Notes: a model not told the origin generated them from the letters alone. 64,000 bases of DNA from an uncultured Candidatus Saccharibacteria bacterium (GCA_964597675.1 CAZQYV010000001.1:81644-145643), one strand, 5' to 3'; positions 20,273-31,311 are shown, numbered from the stretch's first letter. Made by a program: numbers and translations.

Positions 20273-22414
20273 ATGAATCGAGATTATCCACTAGAGCATG
20301 TAAGAAACTTTGGTATTATTGCCCACATAGACGCAGGTAAGACAACGACATCTGAAAGAGTGTTGTTTTATACAGGTATGACTCACAAAATCGGTGAGGT
20401 ACATGAGGGCGAGACTGTAACTGACTGGATGGAACAGGAGCGAGAGCGAGGTATCACTATTACCGCAGCCGCAATTACATGTTTCTGGCACAAGACAGAT
20501 ACTGAAAAGAAACCAGAGACTATGTTTCGATTCAATATTATTGATACTCCTGGACACATTGACTTTACCGCAGAGGTAAAGCGATCACTTCGTGTGCTTG
20601 ACGGTGCGGTAGTGGTTTTCGACGGTGTGGCTGGTGTGGAGCCTCAGTCAGAAACAAACTGGCGATACGCCGATGATGGCAATGTCCCACGAATTTGTTT
20701 CATCAACAAACTCGATCGTATGGGAGCATCATTTGAGCGATCATACGCATCTATTCTAGATAGACTAAATAAAAATGCTGTTCGTCTCCAGATTCCTATT
20801 GGACTTGAAGAACATTTTGCTGGTGTTATTGATCTCCTTAAAATGAAGGCATTTTACTTTGAAGGCAACATGGGCATGAATATTCGTGAGGAAGAAATTC
20901 CAGCAGAATATCTTGATGAGGCGAACAAATACCGTGCAGAATTGATTGAAAAAATTGTTTCAGAGGATGACGAGGCCATGAGTGCATATCTCGATGGTAA
21001 AGAGCCTTCATATGATGAATTAAAGAAAATACTTCGAAAAGCAACACTTGCTGTAAAACTTATTCCAGTTTTTGCAGGGTCTGCACTCAAAAATAAGGGC
21101 GTACAACTAGTGCTCGATGGTGTGGTGGACTATCTCCCATCTCCACTTGATATTCCTCCTGTTGTTGGTACAGATCCAAAGACAGGGGAGCCAGTTACTC
21201 GACATGCGTCAGATACAGAACCATTTTCGGCCCTTGCTTTCAAACTTCAAAATGACCCCTTTGTTGGGCAACTAACATTCTTCCGTGTCTATTCTGGAAC
21301 AATCGAGGCTGGAACATATGTATACAACTCAACTACAGGAGAAAAAGAGCGACTGGGACGTATTGTGCGCCTTCAGGCGGACAAACGAGAAGAGGTAAAG
21401 AAAGTATTTGCAGGTGAAATTGCAGCGGCCGTAGGACTGAAGTCAGCAAAAACATCACACACACTCTGTGATGAAACAAATTCTATTATTCTCGACCCAA
21501 TTAAATTTGTTGATCCAGTGGTTTCACTTCGTATTGAGCCAAAAACAAAAGCAGATCAGGAAAAAATGGGTATGGCACTTAAAAAGTTATCTGACGAAGA
21601 TCCAACATTTATTATTTCATCAAACTCTGATACAGGGGAGACAATCATTTCTGGTATGGGTGAATTGCATCTCGAGATTATGGTTGATCGTATGAAGCGA
21701 GAGTTTTCTGTGGAAGTTAATGTTGGTAAGCCACAGGTGGCATACCGAGAGACAATTTTGGGTACTGCGGAGGCAGAACACAAATATATCAAGCAAACTG
21801 GTGGTAAGGGTCAGTACGGTCACGTAAAGCTTACTCTAAAACCAATGGAGAAGATTGAGGAGGGTGCAAAAATTCCAAAAAATACACACCGATACGAACA
21901 TTTTGAATTTATTGACTCAATCAAAGGAGGTGTTATTCCACAAGAGTTTATTCCTGCAGTTGAAAAAGGTGTACAAGAGGCAATGGAGCGCGGTATTGTT
22001 GCAGGGTTCAAGATGGTTAATGTCTCATGTGAATTGACATTCGGTTCATACCATGATGTGGACTCATCTGAAATTGCATACAAAATCGCCGCTTCACAGG
22101 CCTTTCAAGATGCTGCAAAGCGTGCACGAGCAGTTATTCTCGAGCCGATTATGAAAGTAGAGGCAATTATGCCCGAGCAATTCATGGGAGACGTCACCGG
22201 CTCACTTTCAGGTAAACGAGGACAAATTGAAGGTATGGACGAGCGGGGAATGCTCCGAGTGATCCACGCCAAAGTACCGCTAGCAGAAATGTTTGGATAC
22301 ACAACAGATATTCGATCTATGACTCAAGGACGCGGATCAGCAATGATGGAATTTGACCACTATGAGGTAGTTCCTCCAAATGTGGAAAAACAAATCATTG
22401 AAAGTAGAAAATAA
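20273..22414 (+). CDS. fusA: elongation factor G
   Basis: GTPase motifs [14 protein letters not shown] and NKLD; EF-G domain order; 713 aa. Confidence 0.95.
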   Translation: MNRDYPLEHVRNFGIIAHIDAGKTTTSERVLFYTGMTHKIGEVHEGETVTDWMEQERERGITITAAAITCFWHKTDTEKKPETMFRFNIIDTPGHIDFTAEVKRSLRVLDGAVVVFDGVAGVEPQSETNWRYADDGNVPRICFINKLDRMGASFERSYASILDRLNKNAVRLQIPIGLEEHFAGVIDLLKMKAFYFEGNMGMNIREEEIPAEYLDEANKYRAELIEKIVSEDDEAMSAYLDGKEPSYDELKKILRKATLAVKLIPVFAGSALKNKGVQLVLDGVVDYLPSPLDIPPVVGTDPKTGEPVTRHASDTEPFSALAFKLQNDPFVGQLTFFRVYSGTIEAGTYVYNSTTGEKERLGRIVRLQADKREEVKKVFAGEIAAAVGLKSAKTSHTLCDETNSIILDPIKFVDPVVSLRIEPKTKADQEKMGMALKKLSDEDPTFIISSNSDTGETIISGMGELHLEIMVDRMKREFSVEVNVGKPQVAYRETILGTAEAEHKYIKQTGGKGQYGHVKLTLKPMEKIEEGAKIPKNTHRYEHFEFIDSIKGGVIPQEFIPAVEKGVQEAMERGIVAGFKMVNVSCELTFGSYHDVDSSEIAYKIAASQAFQDAAKRARAVILEPIMKVEAIMPEQFMGDVTGSLSGKRGQIEGMDERGMLRVIHAKVPLAEMFGYTTDIRSMTQGRGSAMMEFDHYEVVPPNVEKQIIESRK

Positions 22415-22453
22415 TTCACAGAAAATCCCCACAATTGTGGGGGTTTTCTTTGC

Positions 22454-25402
22454 GTGATAGATGAGATGGTATATAATAAATACATGAGCAGACTCTCTAA
22501 CATTACGGGTGGATTATACCACCCAAGCGCTGAACCAACCGGTTTGGAAAATTCTCAGAAATCTCCGGTTAATCAAGAAGATTTTGATATTCTAAATAAA
22601 CAAAAGGATCCTTCTCTAGTCAATAGTGATACGAACACAGTATTCACGTTTAAACCACTGACAGAAATTTTGCCGGAGGATGAAAAAAATAATGAGTCTG
22701 GTGATAAAGCAAAAAATTTGCATGTTGTCGTTGACAATACTGTACAAACAGAAAAGGAAACACCAAAAGACTTAGAAGAAAAAACTATTGAAAAACGACC
22801 TCTACCATCTTCGGAGTTATTGTCTTGTTTAGATGAAATTGAGAGTGGAGGAAAAACAATTCGCTCATTGAGACATCAGGCAGAAAAAGGAATACCTATT
22901 AATATCCCTTCTCTTCTTGATGCAATTCGTATTTCAAACACGACGGGTCTTATATCAAAAGGAGAGAGAACTAGAATCGAACGTATATTGATTAGGGAGG
23001 GCATCATAAACCTTAATCAAGAAAAGATCAGCGAGCCAACTAAAATTTTTCATACTGGTCAAAAAGTTCGTCTTGCCCTTAGTGAGGGATCAATTCATGC
23101 AGGCCCCGTTTATACTATACGGAAAGTAGTTGGGGATGCTGCTTTTTTAGAAGGACGTACACAGCCAGTTCCAATCGAAAGCCTAAAAGAGACTGATGAG
23201 TTGGCGGAAGATATAAAAGACCTTGAATCAGAAAAAAGACAATTTCTCTTTGGAAATAAAGATGCAACGAAAAAGGATATTGAGTGGTACGATACCGAAA
23301 TAAATAAAAAAAGGAATCAATTGCAGGAAAGGGATCACCCTGGTATCTCGGCTACCACCGAAACTCCTACTAGCAGTATGGACACGGCAGATGTTCAACC
23401 AGTAGTCGATTTAGCGAGTACTATGTATGGTCCTCGTGCGACAGATGAGGAATTAAATGAGTCAATTGAGATTTCAGTTGAGAACTCGCTTCGAGAGGCA
23501 CGTTCGGCGTATGCAACATTATTGACTGAGCACAAAAATAAGATACGAGAGAGCAAATCACGATTCCAGAAAATTATGGATGATCTTGGTGTTGATATCT
23601 CTCGAAAAATGCCAGATATTCCAATGTCTGCTGAATTACTGAATGCGGAAGAGGAATATATATTAGCTAAGAAAAACAGAAACTTTGCATTGTTTGGTAA
23701 AGGAGAGGTAAAAACAAGAAAAAATCTAGATGGAAATGAGGAAAGTTTCATTTTTAATCCAGAGATTATTAATGCATCAGAACGAGAATATGATATTTTG
23801 AAAAAACAGATTATTGATTCATTACCTCAAAAAGAAAAAAATCTTGCTCAGAGAGCTTTGAAAAAATGGACAAATCTTCCTTTACCGGTTCGCGTCGGTA
23901 TTACATCAACTCTTTTTGGTGTTGGTCTTGGGGTTGGTGCCGGTATGGGTGCTTTTGGTGTTGCTGCATATTCAGGGTATCGTGCGATAAAAGCCGTTGC
24001 TGGCGCAGAGGTTTCTACTGGTGTTGGTTTTACACTCGGAAAGTATTATGACAAAGTAAATAAAAAAACACACGAAGGTGTGTTGGGTGAATATGGTACA
24101 GCAATCGATGGGGGTAACTTTGAAGAAAAAGAACGTCAATTAATGCGATCATTTGAAAAAGAGGAAGAGACAAAAAAGAAGCAAGCACTTAAAATAGGTG
24201 CCGCTATGGCCGTGTCCGGTGGAGTTTCCACAGCATTGCTTGGTGGTGTGTTTAAGCCATCAGCATCCAGTGTAGTAGAGTCAGGCAGTCCAAAGGTCAG
24301 TGGCGCCATTGATAATTCAAAAGGTGCTGTCAGAGGTGTTGACGGTATTCCAAAACCCAATATTCCAACAGAAGCACCATCTTTATCAAAAATAGCAGAA
24401 GTGAAAATAAAGCCAGCTGGGGTTGAATTGTCATCCCGAGGATTTATACAAACATTTGATGATTTAAAAAAGAAACTTATTGAAGAGTATGGTGGAGCAG
24501 ATAAAGTACCAGAAAAAATAAAAGTAAATATTTTGAATAAACCATCTACTGAACTCGCACAAAAATTTGGTTTTTATGATGCCCAAAAGGGTTTGTCAGG
24601 TATGGGTTTGAAAGGTGAACATCTTTCTATTGATTCCAGTGGTGATTTGGTATATGAACATTTAGACAAGTCAAAAGATGTTATGCTCGAGGGTCATACC
24701 GGCAATATTCATACGTTTGATGGAACCATGGCTCACACAGGTCCTGCAGTTGATACTATCTCAACTCCAAAACCATTTGTTGCGCCAGATTCACTTTCTC
24801 GTCCACATGTTGATGTACCACAGGTTGCAGAAGGCGATTTTACATCAATTATAGATACACAACCAGATATGCCACATTTGACACCAGATATCATGGGACA
24901 ACAGATTGGCCAAACTGTTGAATACGCAAATATGAAATTCAATATCGCTAATATTGCAGATCAAGGTAAGGTCCTGCTGACCCCAGAGGGGACACAGATC
25001 GGGCACGAGGGAATGGTTGGGGGAATGAAGCGCTGGATACTTGAACCAAAATTTCAGGATGGAGATAATTTTAAGGGTATTCGTCAGGCATTTAATACTA
25101 TTACACATGGTCAGATTGAAGCAGTGGACATAAAAGGGGTGACATCCAAGGTTATTGATTTCGAAAAAGGGTCACAGATAGAAATAGTAAAAGGCCTAAA
25201 GGTAGATAATCCAAATGCATTGACTATTTTACTGAATGGTAAGGAAGTTGCAGAAGGCACAGTGACAGCAAATGGTCCAAGCCTTCATTTACTCAAAGAC
25301 ATACCAAAAACAGGTCCGTTTTTTGCTGATAATGTCTATGAACGGGCTTTTAAATCAAAAGAACTTAAAAAGGTCCTCAATGAGTTTGTTATTACTACAT
25401 AA
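22454..25402 (+). CDS. large Lys/Glu-rich hypothetical protein with a Gly-rich TM segment, inserted between fusA and tuf
   Basis: 982 aa; TM at LPLPVRVGITSTLFGVGLGVGAGMGAFGVAAY; coiled-coil-like charged N-terminal half; no family recognised. Confidence 0.55.
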   Translation: MIDEMVYNKYMSRLSNITGGLYHPSAEPTGLENSQKSPVNQEDFDILNKQKDPSLVNSDTNTVFTFKPLTEILPEDEKNNESGDKAKNLHVVVDNTVQTEKETPKDLEEKTIEKRPLPSSELLSCLDEIESGGKTIRSLRHQAEKGIPINIPSLLDAIRISNTTGLISKGERTRIERILIREGIINLNQEKISEPTKIFHTGQKVRLALSEGSIHAGPVYTIRKVVGDAAFLEGRTQPVPIESLKETDELAEDIKDLESEKRQFLFGNKDATKKDIEWYDTEINKKRNQLQERDHPGISATTETPTSSMDTADVQPVVDLASTMYGPRATDEELNESIEISVENSLREARSAYATLLTEHKNKIRESKSRFQKIMDDLGVDISRKMPDIPMSAELLNAEEEYILAKKNRNFALFGKGEVKTRKNLDGNEESFIFNPEIINASEREYDILKKQIIDSLPQKEKNLAQRALKKWTNLPLPVRVGITSTLFGVGLGVGAGMGAFGVAAYSGYRAIKAVAGAEVSTGVGFTLGKYYDKVNKKTHEGVLGEYGTAIDGGNFEEKERQLMRSFEKEEETKKKQALKIGAAMAVSGGVSTALLGGVFKPSASSVVESGSPKVSGAIDNSKGAVRGVDGIPKPNIPTEAPSLSKIAEVKIKPAGVELSSRGFIQTFDDLKKKLIEEYGGADKVPEKIKVNILNKPSTELAQKFGFYDAQKGLSGMGLKGEHLSIDSSGDLVYEHLDKSKDVMLEGHTGNIHTFDGTMAHTGPAVDTISTPKPFVAPDSLSRPHVDVPQVAEGDFTSIIDTQPDMPHLTPDIMGQQIGQTVEYANMKFNIANIADQGKVLLTPEGTQIGHEGMVGGMKRWILEPKFQDGDNFKGIRQAFNTITHGQIEAVDIKGVTSKVIDFEKGSQIEIVKGLKVDNPNALTILLNGKEVAEGTVTANGPSLHLLKDIPKTGPFFADNVYERAFKSKELKKVLNEFVITT

Positions 25403-25411
25403 TATTATTAT

Positions 25412-25711
25412 ATGAACATCGTACCAAAAGAAATACTCGAGGAGTGGGGACTGTCCTCCCTTGACGAGCAAAAACAGATCGAGATTATCGATCGGATCGG
25501 GCGGATGCTGTATCAAGCCATTTTGGTGCGCTCTCTCGACATCCTATCTGATAAAGAACAGACCGAATTTGACCTCCTGCTCGATGAAGATGGTACAACT
25601 CCCGAACATGTCTTGGCTTTTCTCAACAGTAAAATACCCACATTTGAGCAACTGGTTATTGAAGAACGTCACAAATTAAGGGATGACCTTTTAATCCCTG
25701 CTCACGCTTGA
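25412..25711 (+). CDS. small hypothetical protein (99 aa)
   Basis: ORF immediately after the 982-aa gene; acidic; no motif. Confidence 0.4.
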   Translation: MNIVPKEILEEWGLSSLDEQKQIEIIDRIGRMLYQAILVRSLDILSDKEQTEFDLLLDEDGTTPEHVLAFLNSKIPTFEQLVIEERHKLRDDLLIPAHA

Positions 25712-25875
25712 CTATTCTCTTGTTTTTGTCTAGTATGATGAATATCGTATATTTTTGCGATTGGCTTTCTTTTGCTAATTGCTAGGGCACAGTTGCGTTT
25801 CTCGAGGATTGTGCTTTTGCAGTTAGTCTGAAGGCGCGGAGATTAATTATTAAGTCATCTAATTACTATAAACAT

Positions 25876-27075
25876 ATGGCAGCAGATTTTGATCGATCAA
25901 AGCCACACGTTAACGTTGGAACAATTGGCCACGTTGACCACGGCAAGACAACTTTAACAGCAGCAATTTTGAATGTACTTGGCCGAGCAGGCGAAGGATA
26001 TTCTTCAAAGGTAAAGGGTGTTGACCAAATTGACTCAGCTCCTGAAGAAAAGGCACGAGGAATTACTATCGCCCTTTCTCACAACGAGTATGCCACACCA
26101 TCTCGTCACTATGCACACGTGGACGCACCAGGTCACGCTGACTACATCAAAAACATGATTACAGGTGCTGCCCAAATGGACGGTGCTATTCTCGTGGTAG
26201 CAGCTACAGACGGCGTTATGCCACAAACTCGAGAGCACGTTCTTCTTGCAAAGCAAGTGGGTGTGCCAAAGATGATCGTATTTTTGAACAAATGCGACAT
26301 GGTACCAGATCTTGAATTGATTGATTTGGTTGAAGAGGAGGTACGTGAGCTTCTTACAAAACAAGGTTTTGATGGTGCAGGTGCACCAGTTATCCGTGGA
26401 TCAGCCCTAAAGGCACTTGAATCAGCAGATAACAACGACGAATGGGCAAAGAAAGTTTTGGATCTTGCAAATGCACTCGATACATATTTCCCAGTTCCAG
26501 AGCGAGATTTGGACAAGCCATTCCTTATGCCAGTTGAAGACATTTTCTCTATTGAAGGCCGAGGTACAGTGGTTACTGGTCGTATCGAACGAGGTATTGT
26601 CAAAGTTGGTGAAGAAATCGAGTGTATTGGTTTGAAAGACACTATGAAATACACTGTGACTGGTATTGAAATGTTCAACAAGTCACTTTCAGAAGGTCAG
26701 GCCGGAGACAACGCGGGTATTTTGCTCCGCGGTGCCAAGAAAGAAGATATTCACCGAGGTCAGGTCTTGGCAAAGCCAAAGACAGTGACTCCACATACAG
26801 AATTTACAGCTGAAGTTTACATCTTGAAGAAAGAAGAGGGTGGACGACATACTCCATTCTTCTCTGGATACAAGCCACAATTTTACATCCGAACAACAGA
26901 CGTAACAGGAGATGTGACATTGAATGAAGGTGTCGAGATGGTTATGCCAGGAGACACAGTTACATTCAAGGTCAAGCTTGTTGCTCCAGTTGCGCTCGAG
27001 GAAAACCAGCGATTTGCTATTCGAGAGGGTGGCAAGACAGTGGGTGCGGGAGTTGTAACCAAAATCGTCGCATAA
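25876..27075 (+). CDS. tuf: elongation factor Tu
   Basis: [18 protein letters not shown] and NKCD motifs; 399 aa. Confidence 0.95.
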   Translation: MAADFDRSKPHVNVGTIGHVDHGKTTLTAAILNVLGRAGEGYSSKVKGVDQIDSAPEEKARGITIALSHNEYATPSRHYAHVDAPGHADYIKNMITGAAQMDGAILVVAATDGVMPQTREHVLLAKQVGVPKMIVFLNKCDMVPDLELIDLVEEEVRELLTKQGFDGAGAPVIRGSALKALESADNNDEWAKKVLDLANALDTYFPVPERDLDKPFLMPVEDIFSIEGRGTVVTGRIERGIVKVGEEIECIGLKDTMKYTVTGIEMFNKSLSEGQAGDNAGILLRGAKKEDIHRGQVLAKPKTVTPHTEFTAEVYILKKEEGGRHTPFFSGYKPQFYIRTTDVTGDVTLNEGVEMVMPGDTVTFKVKLVAPVALEENQRFAIREGGKTVGAGVVTKIVA

Positions 27076-27211
27076 TAAACTTCCAAATTTGGCGATCTCC
27101 TCGTCTCGAGTTTAAAAATGTTCGGCATCGTATGTACAATACGACTTCTCACATTTCCAAACTCTCGACATCAGATATCATCCAAATTATGAAAGTTTAA
27201 TACAAAATACA

Positions 27212-27592
27212 ATGACAACAAAAGAAGCCACAAAAAAGGTTGTAACGAAAAAAGTCGCATCAAAGACGGCCGGAAAGTCCGACGTGATTTCTAAGTTGCG
27301 CATTCGTGTTCGGGCATACGAGTACAAGATCCTTGATCTGTCTGTAAAGCAGATCATTGATACTGCGCTCCGTTATGACGCTAAAATTGAAGGTCCTATA
27401 CCTCTACCAACAGAAATAAAGAAATATACTGTCAACCGATCATCATTTGTTTACAAAAATGCTCGAGAACAGTTCGAGATGCGTACTCACAAGCGAGTGA
27501 TTGATATATTGAATCCAAGTCCAAAAATCATGGAGGCACTGACGAATATGTCGTTACCTTCAGGAGTCAATATTGACGTGAAGATTATATAG
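27212..27592 (+). CDS. rpsJ: 30S ribosomal protein S10 with a Lys-rich N-terminal extension
   Basis: S10 core IRIRVRAYEYKILD...NIDVKI preceded by about 25 extra residues. Confidence 0.9.
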   Translation: MTTKEATKKVVTKKVASKTAGKSDVISKLRIRVRAYEYKILDLSVKQIIDTALRYDAKIEGPIPLPTEIKKYTVNRSSFVYKNAREQFEMRTHKRVIDILNPSPKIMEALTNMSLPSGVNIDVKII

Positions 27593-27635
27593 CGATACGA
27601 AGTAACGAATGGGTTACGAATTGCTACGAATAAAC

Positions 27636-27672
27636 AAAAAACCGCCCTGAGCTTGTCGAAGGGGCGGTTTTT
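27636..27672. terminator. rho-independent terminator after rpsJ (bidirectional)
   Basis: aaaaaccgccctgagcttgtcgaaggggcggtttttt. Confidence 0.7.
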
Positions 27673-27686
27673 TGTGGAGACATTAG

Positions 27687-27938
27687 TTACTCTGTTGTCT
27701 CTCGTAATCTACTATCAACATCATCTATCATTCTTTGAATCATTTGTTGTTCTCTTTGTACATCGGCTATTTCTCTTTTACCTTGCTCAGCAATGTCCAA
27801 GTCTGCACCGTACCTGGTTCTTATCGAATTCTCTTTGTTTATTAAAGCTTGAAGTTGATTTTCATACTTTGATCTTTCATCAAAAAGAACACTTCTTTCT
27901 GGTGTTTCAAAACTCATGTTTCCTGATTCCATTCCCAT
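27687..27938 (-). CDS. small coiled-coil hypothetical protein (83 aa)
   Basis: ORF convergent on the rpsJ terminator; charged, helical composition. Confidence 0.3.
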   Translation of the reverse strand: MGMESGNMSFETPERSVLFDERSKYENQLQALINKENSIRTRYGADLDIAEQGKREIADVQREQQMIQRMIDDVDSRLRETTE

Positions 27939-28040
27939 ATTTTTAAATTAGTTACTAATACTCATAATTATAGTGGGTGAGGGGAGGCAGGTCAATTATT
28001 CTTGTACTGTTAGACACCGAGTGTCTAACAGTATGGACAC

Positions 28041-28512
28041 TCTATTAGAATATCAAAAATTCTTATCCCTCGCTTTGCTCGGGATCTGCAAATTCTCATG
28101 CTTCGGACTACCTCAGCATCCGGAATTTTCATAGTCGGCGCCTTTGGCGCCTCGTTGAAAATTCGGACTTGACAAATGGGTGGGGGATAGATTATACTGG
28201 TACCAGTGGATGGGTAGAGGGGTCTGGAGGTAAGGTGTTGGCTCAGCCACCCTCCTCCAGACCGCCTGGTCCTCTCACTGTTCTTTCGTTTCTTGTCTGA
28301 TACTTTTGTATCAGATACCAGTCGCAGTCTCTCTTCGGAGGGGCTGTTGTTTTTTTTGTAATTTTTTCTTATCCCTCACTACGTTCGGATATTTGAAATT
28401 CTTATACTTCGGATTACCTCATCATCCGGAAATTCTTATCCATCGCTTCGCTCAGGATCCGGAATTTTCATAGTCGGCACCTTTGGCTCCTCGTTGAAAA
28501 TTCGGACTTGAA
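28041..28512. repeat. repeat-rich non-coding spacer: two copies of a 55 nt imperfect-hairpin unit (28122-28175, 28458-28512) plus tandem 30-35 nt sub-repeats, and a central hairpin cluster ending in a T-run (28210-28340)
   Basis: ccggaattttcatagtcggcgcctttggcgcctcgttgaaaattcggacttga occurs twice; aaattcttatcc...gatc-like units occur three or more times. Confidence 0.6.
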
Positions 28513-28605
28513 ATAAAAAAGGATATCTGCTAGTATAGCCACATTGCGTATTAGAGGCCTTCCCGCCTCTTTGTCGTTCAAAACATTTATATACAATTTC
28601 GTATT

Positions 28606-29220
28606 ATGAAATACCTTCTCGGAACAAAACAAAATATGACCCAAATCTTTGATGATGCGGGTGTCGTACATCCAGTGACTGTCATCAAGACAAGTCCTTT
28701 GGTTGTGACACAGGTCAAAAATGTTGAAAAGGACGGCTATACTGCAGTTCAAGTCGGATACGGTACTCGCCGAGCAAAAAACATAAACAAACCAGAAACT
28801 GGTCAAATGAAAGGTGGTTCATATGCACATCTCAAAGAGTTTCGAGTTGAAGGTGCTCCTACATTTGCTATCGGAGACACCATTGATCTTTCTACATTTT
28901 CTGCAGGGGACACAGTTACCGTTTCATCTATTTCAAAAGGAAAGGGCTTTCAAGGTGTGGTCAAGCGACATGGATTCCACGGTGGCCCCCGATCACACGG
29001 ACAAAAGCATTCAGAACGAGAGCCAGGTTCTATTGGAGGTGCAGGCCGTGATGGAGGACGTGTTGCCAAGGGCAAGCGTATGGCAGGCCGTATGGGAAGT
29101 GACCGCATCACTACAAAAAACCTTACTATTGTTGCAATTAACCCAGAGAACCAAGAAATATTTATTCGAGGAGCAATTGCAGGCCGACGAGGAACGTTAG
29201 TCGAGATCAATGCCGAGTAA
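28606..29220 (+). CDS. rplC: 50S ribosomal protein L3
   Basis: L3 family sequence. Confidence 0.95.
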   Translation: MKYLLGTKQNMTQIFDDAGVVHPVTVIKTSPLVVTQVKNVEKDGYTAVQVGYGTRRAKNINKPETGQMKGGSYAHLKEFRVEGAPTFAIGDTIDLSTFSAGDTVTVSSISKGKGFQGVVKRHGFHGGPRSHGQKHSEREPGSIGGAGRDGGRVAKGKRMAGRMGSDRITTKNLTIVAINPENQEIFIRGAIAGRRGTLVEINAE

Positions 29221-29314
29221 AAATTGAAAAATCAAAATGGAAAATTACAAGACAAAGTCAGAAAATATTAATTAAAATTTTTACTTTTGATTTTTCAATT
29301 TTACATTTAATACC
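29221..29314. repeat. about 90 nt palindromic intergenic repeat element with a perfect 17 bp terminal inverted repeat (aaattgaaaaatcaaaa / ttttgatttttcaattt), MITE-like
   Basis: Related copies at 35276-35377 and 44616-44706. Confidence 0.65.
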
Positions 29315-30076
29315 ATGGAAACAACAACAGCAAAAAAGAATACAAAAGCAGTCAAGGAGCCAAAAGTAAAAGAGGCCATCTCTTTGGATGCAGTTGTTTA
29401 TTCTGACAAAGGCAAGGAGTCTGGTACGATTGCTCTTCCTTCTCACATATTTGGTCTTCCATGGAATGGTGACTTGGTACACCAAGTCGTAACATCAATG
29501 ATGTCTACGGCTCGTACACCTGTTGCCCATACCAAAAATCGCGGAGAAGTTTCTGGTGGTGGTAAAAAGCCATGGCAACAAAAGGGAACTGGTCGTGCAC
29601 GACACGGATCAAATCGATCACCGATCTGGGTTGGTGGAGGTGTTACTCATGGTCCACGAAATGACAAAAATTTTGACCGAAAGGTAAACAAGAAAATGAA
29701 GGCCAAGGCACTTTACACTATTTTGTCTGCAAAATATAAAAAAGGCCAAATTCTCTTTGTTGATGACATGAATCTTGCAAACGCAAAGACAAAAGAGGCA
29801 AAAGTAACACTTTCAGCATTTTCAAAAATTACAGGGTACACAGATATACTTTCAAAAAAGAAAAATTCTGCTTACATTGCGCTCCCTACAAAAAATGTTG
29901 CTGTAGAGCGTGGATTTAGTAACTTCGGTAATCTCGAGGTAGATGAAATTCGAAATATGAATCCACTCGATATTATGCAGTATAAATATTTGGTTATTGC
30001 AAATCCAAAAGTTGGACTATCTCAGGTTGATGCAAAATTGGGTGCAAAAAAAGTAGCCACAACATCTAAAAAATAA
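29315..30076 (+). CDS. rplD: 50S ribosomal protein L4
   Basis: GGGKKPWQQKGTGRAR motif. Confidence 0.95.
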   Translation: METTTAKKNTKAVKEPKVKEAISLDAVVYSDKGKESGTIALPSHIFGLPWNGDLVHQVVTSMMSTARTPVAHTKNRGEVSGGGKKPWQQKGTGRARHGSNRSPIWVGGGVTHGPRNDKNFDRKVNKKMKAKALYTILSAKYKKGQILFVDDMNLANAKTKEAKVTLSAFSKITGYTDILSKKKNSAYIALPTKNVAVERGFSNFGNLEVDEIRNMNPLDIMQYKYLVIANPKVGLSQVDAKLGAKKVATTSKK

Positions 30077-30084
30077 TTTCTATC

Positions 30085-30366
30085 ATGAAAAAAGATTTAT
30101 CATATATCCTCATACGTCCTCGCATTACTGAAAAGGCAACAGTGGTCTCTGAATCATCAGTATATGTCTTTGACGTAGATGCACAGGCAACAAAAACGCT
30201 AGTTGGAAAAGCATTCGAGGCAAAGTATAAAGTGAAGCCAATCAAAATCTCAACAGTTACTATTCCTGCAAAGCAGGTTGTCACTCGGGGTAAGCGAGGC
30301 ACAAAGTCTGGCTACAAAAAAGCATATATATACGTCAAAAAAGGTGAAAAGGTAGAAATAATGTAA
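30085..30366 (+). CDS. rplW: 50S ribosomal protein L23
   Basis: L23 family; gene order. Confidence 0.9.
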   Translation: MKKDLSYILIRPRITEKATVVSESSVYVFDVDAQATKTLVGKAFEAKYKVKPIKISTVTIPAKQVVTRGKRGTKSGYKKAYIYVKKGEKVEIM

Positions 30367-30370
30367 ACAT

Positions 30371-31213
30371 ATGAAACGATATAATCCTACAAGTCCATCA
30401 CGTCGACAATTGTCATCTATTGAATATGGCAAAATTTTGACTGCATCAGAACCAGAGAAATCTTTGACAAAAGGTTTCAAACGAGCAGTTGGCCGAAATC
30501 ATCATGGAAAAGTTACCACACGACACAAAGGTGGTGGTCACAAGCGACTCTACCGAGAAATAGATTTTACATACAATAAGATTGACGTACCATACACAAT
30601 CGCAACAGTCGAGTACGATCCAAACCGATCTGGTTTCATTGGTCTTGCTCAATACAAAGATGGTGAAAAGCGATACGTTCTTTTACCACAATCAGTCAAA
30701 GTAGGGGATATTTGTGTTACATCAGAAAATGCAGAGATTAAAACTGGTAACCGACTACCTCTCAAAAATATTACTGTTGGTACGTTTGTATACAATGTAG
30801 AAATAAAGCCCCAAGGTGGTGCAAAGATCGCTCGATCTGCAGGGAACTTTGTCGAGGTTATTGCAAAGGATGCTGGATATGTTGATCTAAAAATGCCTTC
30901 ATCAGAAGTACGAAAGGTAAAGGAAACAGCATGGGCATCTATTGGTGAGGTATCAAATGAGGAAAATCGTTTGGTCAATCTCGGCAAGGCAGGACGCTCA
31001 CGATGGCTAGGTATCCGACCAACAGTCCGAGGTACAGCACAGAACCCAGTTGACCACCCACACGGAGGAGGTGAAGGACGACAGGGACGAGGACGCCGAC
31101 GAGCAATTTCAGTCTACGGCAAGCCAACAGGAAAGGGTCAGAAGACACGAACTCCAAAGAAATACTCAAACAAATTCATCGTTTCTCGCCGAAAGGTTGG
31201 AAAGAGAAAGTAA
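30371..31213 (+). CDS. rplB: 50S ribosomal protein L2
   Basis: L2 motifs GGGHKR and PTVRGTAQNPVDHPHGGGEG. Confidence 0.95.
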   Translation: MKRYNPTSPSRRQLSSIEYGKILTASEPEKSLTKGFKRAVGRNHHGKVTTRHKGGGHKRLYREIDFTYNKIDVPYTIATVEYDPNRSGFIGLAQYKDGEKRYVLLPQSVKVGDICVTSENAEIKTGNRLPLKNITVGTFVYNVEIKPQGGAKIARSAGNFVEVIAKDAGYVDLKMPSSEVRKVKETAWASIGEVSNEENRLVNLGKAGRSRWLGIRPTVRGTAQNPVDHPHGGGEGRQGRGRRRAISVYGKPTGKGQKTRTPKKYSNKFIVSRRKVGKRK

Positions 31214-31220
31214 AATCAAA

Positions 31221-31250
31221 AAAACCGCTCTACAAGGCGGTTTTTTGGTG
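31221..31250 (+). terminator. rho-independent terminator after rplB
   Basis: aaaaaaccgctctacaaggcggtttttt. Confidence 0.65.
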
Positions 31251-31276
31251 TTCGTATAATATATTATGGCATGTAC

Positions 31277-31305
31277 TTGACAAATAATCAATAATAGTAT
31301 ATACT
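31277..31305 (+). promoter_or_regulatory. sigma70-like promoter (TTGACA, 17 nt spacer, TATACT)
   Basis: ttgacaaataatcaataatagtatatact. Confidence 0.55.
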
Positions 31306-31311
31306 TATATA

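Noticed and set aside
26142-26681. 179-aa ORF antisense to tuf
   Set aside because: Entirely inside the EF-Tu coding region on the opposite strand, with a low-complexity Ser/Thr/Arg translation; it is an artefact of a stop-poor frame
28041-28512. Possible CRISPR array
   Set aside because: The repeats are imperfect, of unequal length and not separated by unique spacers of uniform size; no cas genes are present
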